This document shows positions 50,401-64,000 of a DNA stretch of 64,000 bases, in pieces. The notes under the pieces are model-generated. The model worked only from the letters and a program-made list of their open reading frames with translations. It was not told where the DNA came from and made no database searches. Source of the DNA: Macrostomum lignano (Eukaryota); assembly GCA_002269645.1 (NCBI GenBank), contig NIVC01000795.1:1-64000 (forward strand), in the 5' to 3' direction. A program made the position numbers and the translations under genes. Position 1 is the first letter of the stretch. Every line of letters starts with the position of its first letter.

Positions 50401-51065
50401 GGAATGCACTAAACTATTTATTTAATAGTTAATCTTTTGAGTTATATAATTATGGTACAATAGTTACTCTATTTATAAAGATGTATAATTATAATAATTA
50501 GGCCTAATTATTAATAATTAAATATTGAAATATATATATATTTGATTTTTAAGCTTATGGAAATACCAAAAATGCTTAGCAACTGAAGTGAAGTAGTTGT
50601 AAATAAATAAAGGCACCCCTTAGCATTTAGGTTAAAGCCTATTTTAATAGTCTCTATAAGCTATAATCAAGACACTTATATTCTTATTATCATATGCTTT
50701 TATAATTTATGGCAATTATATTAATGAAGGTGATGAATAGGTCTAACCTATATTATTATTATACTAAACCTTCTATTAGGCCTAATAATAATAATAGTTA
50801 CTATTAGGCCTATTTTATAACATAATATTAATCTAGATTATCTAATAAATAATAATGTACTGGGAAAGATAGGCTCTATCTTGGTGCTTGCTTTATTAAT
50901 TATTAGCTGCCTGCTAGCTGATACCAGCACCCTAGACATTGCTAGCAGTGTAGTCTAATATAGACTATTTATATTGATTCTAGGCCTTCAAATATATCTT
51001 ATAATAATTATATTTGACTTTAACTTGTTTGACTGGCTAATAAATATATTTATTATATTTATTAG

Positions 51066-51599
51066 ATGAAAAAATTGAAAAAAAAGGTTAAACCTAAGCG
51101 GCCAGATAGAGAACCAGGAGAACCAATCTTGACTCTTCCTTTTTTGGGCAACTCTTTGATTGTGTTTAAGAGGCAAATTCGCAAAACTTGCCAAAAATTC
51201 TTTAAGACTAAGATTCATGTAGTGTTCCGTACTCATAAAGTCAGTCAATTTGTTGGGAGTTTAAAGTCTCGTGTTCCATGTGCTCTCAAGGCAGGTGTCA
51301 TCTATTGTTTTCGTTGCTCTGTTGACCAGAGCATTACCTACATTGGTAAAACCAAGCGACACCTTCTCATGAGAGCCAAGGAACATAGGCAACGAAACTC
51401 TCCGATTCATGAACATTTGCTACAATGCCATGGTTGTTGTGATGAGCCAGACATAACCTCTCATTTCAAGGTCATAGACAACAGCAAAAATGAGCATAAA
51501 CTTAACATTCTTGAAGCTCTGCACATTAAGTTACACAAACCCACTCTCAATGTCCAACTATCTGGAGGAGGTGCGAGTGAACAGCTGTTGGTGTTCTAA
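51066..51599 (+). mobile_element. 5'-truncated Penelope-like element, GIY-YIG endonuclease domain
   Basis: LTLPFLG, GVIYCFRC...YIGKTKRHL..R.KEH, LNILEALHIKLHKPTLNVQ. Followed by (CT)n at about 51632-51686 and a hammerhead motif. Confidence 0.9.
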
Positions 51600-51626
51600 G
51601 CTAGAGTACATTTGGGGCGCATACGC

Positions 51627-51689
<63 letters not shown>

Positions 51690-51822
51690 CTCTGTCCTGT
51701 CATTCCACAAAATATTATGAACATTGCTATACTGTACATTGATCCTTTAGTCCTTTTATATCTTTTCAATACCTGATTTTGTCGTCTACACAGTATTTAA
51801 TAGGTTGAAATAAATTCTGTTC

Positions 51823-51869
51823 GATAGTGCCTGAAGATGGCTAGTTTTAGCCGAAACGCGTCGCAAATA
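51823..51869 (+). ncRNA. Minimal type I hammerhead ribozyme
   Basis: CTGAAGA core (51831-51837), extra T, stem II GGCTA-GTTT-TAGCC, GAAAC-GC-GTC with the palindrome ACGCGT. Predicted cleavage after C51862. Stem I (TAGTGC / GCAAATA) is imperfect. Confidence 0.8.
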
Positions 51870-52559
51870 ATATTGAGTTTTGTCTTACTATTATCTGTTA
51901 AGAGTGCTTCTCTACCGCAATAATAAATATATATTGTTGTTGTCATTGTATTAATCTATGTAATAGAGTAGAAGCTTCCTTTTTATTAAACTTTTAAGGC
52001 CTAGCTAGGGCTAGGCCTACAGTTATTATTTCTAATTATAGGCCAACATTCTAAAAGTAAAATGATTAGGCACATTGCCGAGACCTACATTTTTATATTA
52101 TATCTTTAGACTTTTAATCAGCCTAACATCTAGATTGAACTAAAAATAATAATTGATCTAGGCATATTTAGGCCATTTATAAATTACTTATTAGGAACAG
52201 GGTGCCCACACATTTTGAGCAAGTAAAATAAAGAAGACTGACTGATATGTAACATAACAATATGGACCTAAATATACATCACTCATTTGTTACATTTATA
52301 CTTCAACAAACTGCTATAACCTACAGATTTTAAATGAGTTCAATCCCTGGAACAATATTTTTAAATGTGAAGTCATACTCTAAGAAAAACGTATTAATAG
52401 TTAGAAGAAAGATAAATAAAAATTGGAGTAAATTTGTGGTAATTTAAGATTTGAGGGTACATTGATCTTCTTAGTTGGTATTACCATAGAATGACAAGCA
52501 ATGTCTGTCTAAGGCCTGTATTAACAAACTCTGGCCTTTTGCCTCTGCATCTCTCTATA

Positions 52560-53110
52560 TACCTTGGGTGCTCTGAAACTTCCATCTCCTTTTGTTTCTT
52601 TTCTCTTTTTCCCTTTCTCTTGTCTTCTCTACTCTTCTCTCTTATCTTGCTCATCTCCACTCTTTCTTAACTCTTTCCTCTTACCCTCTGCTCTCTCATC
52701 TTTTTTCTCTTTTCTTTTAGCTCTTTTATCTTTTATCTTGACTCTTGGCTCTCTCATCTTTCCTTTCTTCACTTAGCTCTTTTATCTTTTCTCTTTCTTG
52801 TCCTTTCTATCTCCTCTGTTTTCTCTTTTCTCTTTCCCTTATTATCTTTTCTCTTTAATTTCTTTTCTTTTATCTGTTCTCTTCTCTGTTTACTTGCTTC
52901 TTTTTCCTTTCTACTCTTTTTTATCTTTCTTATCTCCTTTTCTCTTCTACTGCCTTTTCATTTCTCTTTCTTTCTTGTCTGCCCTCTCTCTTTACCCTCC
53001 TGTATCCTCTTATATTTTTCTTTCTTATCCCTTCTCTTACCTTTCCTCTCTTTTTATTGTCAATTCATTCCTTTTTCTACTCTCATCTGCCCCTGAAGCC
53101 ATTAGCTAGC
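52560..53110. repeat. CT-rich low-complexity tract
   Basis: Direct inspection. Confidence 0.9.
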
Positions 53111-53552
53111 TTCTTTATCTAGCTTTTAAGGTAAAAGACAATTTAAATCTACCAATCCCTGCTTTGAAAGCCAGTTTGTAGGACATAGTATTCTCATGGT
53201 TGTTTTATTCTGTGGCCCATTTGTTGATTGCTTTGATCAGGTCATCCTTCTGGCCAATTTGCAGCCCTGAAAGTAACTTATATATCACCAACTCCATAGT
53301 TCCACATAGGGCCAATCTGATATCGTGGCTAACCTAGGATTGATGCTTTAAAGTATATTCAATTAGTAACTAATCATATATACAAACCATTTTGTTGAGA
53401 CTTACAAACTATTCTTCTACATAACTTTGTCTAGGAAAATAATACAAGTCAATAGAATAGTCTTCTTATAAATTATTATTTAAAAGGACCCTAAAGGCTA
53501 AACTAATAATATATTAAGTACATATTATATGCTAAAAATTGGCTATCTTGCA

Positions 53553-53860
53553 AAATTGTTCATTAAATTCACTATACACACATTTTTTAGCTATTGATGT
53601 GAAACTTGCCAAAAATGAATACTTTCATTATGCCAACATTTTAGAAGTGTTTTGACATTAAAATTACATTTGTGGGGGGTTTATAAGTTAAATTTTATTG
53701 CAATTTCTAGGTTTTTCCGGGAAACATGAAACTTTTCAAATATGAAATGTAGACACTTCTAAACACTTCTAAAATGTTGGCATAATTAAAGTATTCATTT
53801 TTAGAAAGTTTCATGTCAATAGCTAAAAAATGTACATACAGCGAATTTAATGAACAATTC
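53553..53860. mobile_element. Old foldback/MITE with ~100-bp inverted arms
   Basis: 53553-53650 is the reverse complement of about 53762-53860 (CATTTTTTAGCTATTGA...TTAGAAGTGT / ACACTTCTAA...TCAATAGCTAAAAAATG). No TSD resolved. Confidence 0.75.
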
Positions 53861-55378
53861 TCTAGTCTAACTCTAAGATAGCCTAATAATCTTAGGAGCT
53901 AGGGGCCTAAAGTGGCTAAAATAAAGGAGAAAGTCCCAAAAATCTTCCAAATAAAGGAGATGAAGAAGGGTTTGCCAAATAAAGGAGATAAAGGTTCATA
54001 TTAAAGGAGAATTGGAGATAACACTAACAAGGCATTACCCTGTAGGAAAAGATAATATGCTATTAGTATTAATCTAGATTTCACCATTGCCATTGGACCA
54101 AGATTTAAGATTTATATCTAGGACTAAACTAGGCCTATTGCAACAGCATCTCAAATGGAGTGGACCATCTCATTGCTTGTCAGTAAGTCAAGATTAGTTG
54201 GTTCATTTTTGATAAATTCCAAGATGAGAATCCCTGCTTGCTGCAGCAGCAGTCAGCAGCCACTGCCATAAAATAGACTCGATTTTATAAAAAATCTAAC
54301 CATTCGATGCATTCGCAGCCACTGTCATACATACGACTGAACTCAAGTTTAAATAAAGTTATTCTGAAAAAATTAAATTATTGATAAGGACTCTTAACGG
54401 ACATGACAGGACTACTAGTATACGAATTAAAAGATCGTTTAAAAGTTCCGATTTCACAAGCTAAAAACTATCTATCTAAAATCTAAGATTTACGTTACGT
54501 ACAGTGAATATAAATTAAATTATGATCAAAATAGCAAAGAAAAACTTTTTGTTTTTATGCTTAACTTTGAGACATCGCTGAATTTTGAATGGAAAAAATG
54601 AACACATTTTTAGTATTGAAAGTCGCGGCTTGCGGCCCATGACATCCGCCTAAGAAATTTCCCAACCGATTAAGGCATTTTCAATTTTTGTTGATAAGTA
54701 AAATTCATTTGAAGCCAAAACGAGCTTAAATATGCTTATATTGAGATCAATTAAAACGTATTCATAATCTAGTGAAACAAAAAACAATGTAATTGATTTT
54801 ATTTTTAAGTAAATTTGTATGTAGAATGATTTTTTTAATTACAAGTGTACTTTTTATTTAATATATATTTTTACTTCAATTCAAATATTAATACCTTGAT
54901 CGATGCGTGCTTGTATATTTTCACTGTAAAAAATCAATGTAACTTTTGTAAAAATATAAAAATGTAAATTTACAAGTTATATGAAAAAAGAAATATGGTT
55001 TAGATATTTTATAAAAGCCAATACATTAGATATAGTTATGGCTTTAATCCTATTTATCCATTAGATATACTGACTGATTTTATATTGTTGGTAAAATTCT
55101 TTTAAAAAACAATTATATTAAAGAAACCATTAGTGCCTAGTGAAGACCAAAAAGTCTTTTGAATTGTAATACGCTCGTATGTCATAAATTGTTCATCTTT
55201 GCAGTTTTCAAGACTTATTTAGTAAGTGAATTTTTGCTAGTGACTGACAACACAAGAGAAGCATTTTATAAGTAGGTCATGACAAAAATTGTCACCATTA
55301 AGTCTTTTTTATTCTTTTACACAGGCTTTAAATTGCATGCTTCACAGAGTCAGCAAGTAAACTCAAGCAAAGAAAGAA

Positions 55379-58709
<3,331 letters not shown>

Positions 58710-59485
58710 GGGGCTGAGGGGCTGGATGGCTGATTATGTACTAAACTAATCGAAATTTCTACTAATTCACCTTCTCGTAGTCTTTGGACTTTTGTGTATC
58801 TTTCTTCGCACACAAGGCAGCAGATCATGGGCTTCTAAATGGGCTTGGACTGGACCGGAATTTCGGCATACTTTCCTTTCAGTTAGTTTGAGCTAAATCC
58901 AAATTTAAACTCCCGCCAAAAACGAACATTTTTAAACAATCGCTAAACCCCTTTTTAACACCCATGAGAAGTGAGTACTGTTAGTACTTATTAATCATTT
59001 TGAGGTGTTGAAAGGCAGTTTATTAGTGCTTAAAGATTTTTCAACAACGCCTTTTTGGCACGAATTTGGGTTTGCTTTACCGCACCGAACGGAAGATAAC
59101 GCAATGCTAAAGCTTCGGTCCAGTCCAAATATTTTTCTAAAAGTCCATGAAGCAAATCAGCGACCAACCCGTGTCCGTTCCGGATGTGTTGCATAACGGG
59201 ACGCGGCCGCATGGTGATTGTAAATAATTTCTTGCTAGATAGAACAGACAAAGCCGTTGCTCTTCTGTCTGTATGGCAATGCATGTAGTTCAGGATTTTT
59301 CACTCTTTTTACTTTCGCTCGTAGAAAAATGTTCAATTTGCAGAATTTGCATCACTTGTCTCTTGTCGTCATCGCCCAGTTGCGTGTCCAGACACGCGAG
59401 CACCGCTGCTGCTAAGCCATATTTTTTAGAGAAAATCCGAGCTCCATAAGCGGGGAGGATGCAGCGGGGAGGTGACCACGGGCAG

Positions 59486-60140
59486 CTAGTGCTGCGGTGT
59501 CGCGCAGGGAGATCCGGTGGTGTCGGTGTCCGCAGTCTGGTCCCCCCTCCGGAGAGTCCAGGAGGTGGATGGTCGCTCGCCCAGTAGCTCTTTAGGCCTG
59601 AAAACGTCGGAGAGGTCCGGGTTTGGGCCGAGGTAGGTGAGCCTGTCCTGAGTGAAGGCGGGGCATTCACAGATGAAGTGCTCCGCATTCTCGGCACCGG
59701 AGAGGCAGAATGGGCATTCCTCGCTGCGGATTTTTCCTTGGAGGTGACGATGCCTGGCAAAACAGCCATGACCTGAGAGGGCCATGGTCACCGACCTGAT
59801 GTCCCTGCGGTTGAGTCCAAGCAGGGCCCTCCGCAGGGCGGAGGAAGGACAGGGGACAGCCGCGCGGGATTGCCGGCAGTCGGGGGCGTTAGGCCTCCTC
59901 TCCCCGTGCTTTGAAGCCACCCACTGGTTGATCCGAGTGGTGACAACGGCGGTGGGGGTGGGGGCCACGGGCAGGGGACCAGTAAAAGAACCGGTCGAGC
60001 CAGCCTTGGCCAGGCGATCGACCAACTCGTTGCCGGGGTGGCCCGAGTGCCCGGGGATCCACCTTGTAGACACCTTGTTGGAGGCGCCTAAGCGGTTGAG
60101 CTGCCCGATGCAGTCGAGATAGTGACTGTGTCTGCCATGA
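59486..60140 (-). pseudogene. 3' fragment of an RNase H-bearing non-LTR retrotransposon (I/LOA/Tad-like group)
   Basis: [34 protein letters not shown] (RNase H C-terminus), LSGHG and the CPFC....[11 protein letters not shown] zinc knuckle. Confidence 0.85.
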
Positions 60141-60836
60141 CGTCTAAGGATACTTGATTAAATATTCAAGGATAGGGTAGAGACGTCGGTACAATGTATT
60201 TCATTTGATTTTTAAATTTTTTCCTGATGCTGGGAGGCTGGGATCCACCGGATCCAACACACCTCAGCGCACAGCGAACTCACTGACTGCTACTCTCTGT
60301 AATTATCATATCGTCTCATCTTTGAGTTTAATATTAAAAGTCAAATTTCTACAAGTCCCATCACATTTGTTATACGAGTATTAAAGTCTCTTAGCCAGCT
60401 TCCAGCTTTAAAAGCTGTTCGGGTTTTTTAATTTGCACTTTTGTTGCTTCGATACATTCCTTCACTTCATCGGTTTTTTGCTGGTATTTTGCTATCCAAT
60501 GGCTGTGACTTTAAGATGTGTAAATTGATGGTTTATTCCCCGTACGTATTCATTATTATGATATTACTAATAGTCTATTATTTACAGTACATTCTGTAGG
60601 TAAATTTTGTAAGTACAATTTCAGTGCATTCCGATTAACACCAAATATACTGTTGCGCAATGGCTGCCTTTAAATAGTGTGCGCGTTTCTTCTCTCGTTT
60701 TGGAACTCGAATATTCCAGTATATAATTGTTGCATCCTACAGTTATTTTTTGCACGCATTTTCCTACTATTAGTAGTCTCAATTTAGCATTGCTGGATTA
60801 AAATACAAATTTTGGCCTTCGTCCCGCAGCCCAGCG

Positions 60837-63488
60837 ATGAGCCTGCAGGCCCAGGCCTCCCAGCTGTGGGCGATGCTGGACGAGCTGGCCTCCCGCGACC
60901 CGGCCGGCTACCGCAGCTTCATCGATCGCCAGCTGGCCGACGGGCGCAGCATGCTGGAGCCGCCACGGCCGCTCTTCTGCGCCGCCATCGACGTCCGCGT
61001 CGCCTCGCCACATTTGCTGGACCGCCTTCTCGCTGACGACGCCGACGAGGCCTCGTCGTCTTCCGCTGACGCCGGTGGCGACTCGGAGCGCCTGCTGTCT
61101 GGCTTCCTGGCCGAGTTGAAGGTCGTCGACGGCGGCGACACCTCGGCCGAGGCATCGGGGTCCCAGACTGCCGTCGTCGGCTTCCCCGCTGGCTTCGCAC
61201 CCGCCCGCCTGGTCGTCGTGTTTGTGAGCTGGAGCCGCGTCAAAAGGTGAGAGGTGAACCCGTGACCCTAGGTGAACCCGTGACCCTAGGTGAACCCGTG
61301 ACCCTAGGTGAACCCGTGACCCTAGGTGAACCCGTGACCCTAGGTGAACCCGTGACCCTAGGTGAACCCGTGACCCTAGGTGAACCCGTGACCCTAGGTG
61401 AACCCGTGACCCTAGGTGAACCCGTGACCCTAGGTGAACCCGTGACCCTAGGTGAACCCGTGACCCTAGGTGAACCCGTGACCCTAGGTGAACCCGAGAC
61501 CCTAGGTGAACCCGTGACCCTAGGTGAACCCGTGACCCTAGGTGAACCCGTGACCCTAGGTGAACCCGTGACCCTAGGTGAACCCGTGACCCTAGGTGAA
61601 CCCGTGACCCTAGGTGAACCCGTGACCCTAGGTGAACCCGTGACCCTAGGTGAACCCGTGACCCTAGGTGAACCCGTGACCCTAGGTGAACCCGTGACCC
61701 TAGGTGAACCCGTGACCCTAGGTGAACCCGTGACCCTAGGTGAACCCGTGACCCTAGGTGAACCCGTGACCCTAGGTGAACCCGTGACCCTAGGTGAACC
61801 CGTGACCCTAGGTGAACCCGTGACCCTAGGTGAACCCGTGACCCTAGGTGAACCCGTGACCCTAGGTGAACCCGTGACCCTAGGTGAACCCGTGACCCTA
61901 GGTGAACCCGTGACCCTAGGTGAACCCGTGACCCTAGGTGAACCCGTGACCCTAGGTGAACCCGAGACCCTAGGTGAACCCGTGACCCTAGGTGAACCCG
62001 AGACCCTAGGTGAACCCGTGACCCTAGGTGAACCCGAGACCCTAGGTGAACCCGTGACCCTAGGTGAACCCGAGACCCTAGGTGAACCCGTGACCCTAGG
62101 TGAACCCGTGACCCTAGTTGAACCCGTGACCCTAGGTGAACCCATGACCCTAGGTGAACCCTTGAATATGCATTCAACCCGCCGCGCCCACCCACAGCTG
62201 CGACCTCGCCGACCCCTCGGCCACCATAAGCGCCCACGTCGGCAGGCCCTTCCCGAGCCAGCAGCTGCCGGATGCCCTGCTGCTGCCGATTGCTTTCAAT
62301 GTCGAGACTCTGCAACAGGCGCTGCCAGCCGCCTGCCTCGCCGAGTCGTCTTCAACGACATCCGCGACTTCCGCCGCTGCAGCATTGAAACGCGACGCCG
62401 ACGCTCGCGCCTTCGTTGTCCACGCGTTGCGCCACTGCCTCGCCCAGCGGCTGCGCGCCTCCCTCCGGCCGCTGTCCGGCGAGCTTCAGGATGACGACGC
62501 CAACGGTACCATCGACCTTCTGCCGGCGGCGTCGGAGAAGCTGTTCGTCGAGCCGGGCTTCCTGGCCGCGCTGCACCGCGGCCTCGGCTACCAGCCTGGC
62601 GACTTGGCGCTGCAGCGGCTGGTGGAGGCCCAGACACAGATCAAGCGCCAGACGCAGTCGCAGCATGAGACTCCGGCACCGCTAGTGGCGCCTTTGCCTG
62701 GGTGAGGCTTGGGGGAGGCTTGCGTGAGGCTTGAGTGAGGCTTGGGTAAGGCTTGGGTGAGGCTTGCGTGAGGCTTGGGTGAGGATTGGGTGAGGCTTGC
62801 GTGAGGCTTGGGTGAGGCTTGAGTGAGGCTTGGGTGAGGCTTGAGTGAGGCTTGGGTGAGGCTTGGGTGAGGCTTGCGTGAGGCTTGGGTGAGGCTTGTT
62901 TGAGGCTTGAGTGAGGCTTGGGTGAGGCTTGGGTGAGGCTTGCGTGAGGCTTGGGTGAGGCTTGCGTGAGGCCTGAGTGAGGCCTGAGTGAGACTGTATT
63001 GCAGCTCTTTTGCTGTCCTTAATGATTAAAACTTAGCACTTAGCTTTGCGCCTGTCTTCTCTGCCTGCCTTCATAATGCACAAAAATCTTCAGCAGCAAT
63101 CTTTCGTGTTTCTTTCAGCGTATCCGACTCGCCAGCATCGCCGCAGCTGCTTCTTGGCGGACCTGAGGATCCCAGCGGAAGACTTCATCAGCGGCAGCAG
63201 CAGCAGTTGCAGCTCACGACCTCCGTGAACAGGGTGGAGCGCCTGCTCACCATGCGAGTCTCCGTCGGCCAGGTCGCCGAATCCGCTGCCGAGCTGGATG
63301 TCCGGCTGGAGCCCCGGCTGTTGACGCTGCGCCGCGCCGCCGACGCCGATGACAGCGCGAAGCCGCCGCTGCTGCAGGCTGAGCTGCCCTGCGAGGTGGC
63401 CCCGGACGACGCCACGGCGCGATTCCTGCGAGCGAAACGGCAGCTGCTGCTGCGGGCGCCGGTGGTCGGCCCGCTGCCCCCGGCCTAG
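60837..63488 (+). CDS. PIH1D2: PIH1 domain-containing protein 2; exons 60837-61246, 62198-62701, 63119-63488
   Basis: QLWAMLDELASRDPAGYRSFIDRQL..G...EPPRP, FVSWSRV, VGRP, IAFNVETL and a C-terminal CS-type domain (LQAELPCEV.....TARFLRAKRQLLLRAP). Both introns are phase 2, GT-AG. Confidence 0.88.
61250..62163. repeat. 18-bp near-perfect minisatellite in PIH1D2 intron 1
   Basis: CCCTAGGTGAACCCGTGA. Confidence 0.97.
62700..62992. repeat. 11-bp minisatellite in PIH1D2 intron 2
   Basis: G(G/C/A)GTGAGGCTT. Confidence 0.95.
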
Positions 63489-63502
63489 GGCGGCTGGACT
63501 GA

Positions 63503-64000
63503 TCACGGATGAGCTAGAGATCAGAGTGGATTGCTAATCTAGCCTGCACAGATGAGCTGGAGATCAGAGTGGATTGCTAATCTAGCCTGCACGGATGAGC
63601 TGGGGATCAGAGTGGATTGCTAATCTAGCCTGCACAGATGAGCTGGAGATCAGAGTGGATTGCTAATCTAGCCTGCACGGTTGAGCTGGGGATCAGAGTG
63701 GATTGCTAATCTAGCCTGCACGGATGAGCTGGGGATCAGAGTGGATTGCTAATCTAGCCTGCACAGATGAGCTGGGGATCAGAGTGGATTGCTAATCTAG
63801 CCTGCACGGCTGAGCTGGGGATCAGAGTGGATTGCTAATCTAGCCTGCACGGCTGAGCTGGGGATCAGAGTGGATTGCTAATCTAGCCTGCACGGCTGAG
63901 CTGGGGATCAGAGTGGATTGCTAATCTAGCCTGCACGGATGAGCTGGGGATCAGAGTGGATTGCTAATCTAGCCTGCACGGATGAGCTGGGGATCAGAGT
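63503..64000. repeat. 43-bp minisatellite, continuing past the window end
   Basis: GATGAGCTGGGGATCAGAGTGGATTGCTAATCTAGCCTGCACG. Confidence 0.97.

Overview
Eukaryotic (animal) genomic DNA. GC-rich exons are separated by introns largely filled with tandem repeats and by AT-rich, CpG-poor spacers. The style suggests a free-living flatworm such as Macrostomum; this is inference only. Host genes reconstructed by hand from splice sites: a divergent Wnt11-like gene (+, 5831-12813), a PROSER3-like gene (+, start not found), an unidentified + strand coding exon (41237), a minus-strand zinc-finger/RRM-like gene with no ATG of its own at the first acceptor (48882-44524), MAPK7/ERK5 (+, 55379-58709) and PIH1D2 (+, 60837-63488). 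Mobile DNA: part of a Polinton/adintovirus-like element (integrase, parvovirus-type PLA2, orphan ORFs); a decayed Ty3/Gypsy element with a nested solo LTR; a 3.1-kb TIR element carrying a 5'-inverted RTE LINE that itself carries a MITE; a Penelope fragment followed by a minimal hammerhead ribozyme; and LINE fragments. Top leads are the hammerhead, minisatellites built from 5' splice-site sequence, a Wnt lacking the WCC index-finger tip, ERK5 with TLY, and a possible spliced-leader-supplied start codon. Most long ORFs in the supplied track are translations of tandem repeats. Exon models are manual and unverified by transcript data.
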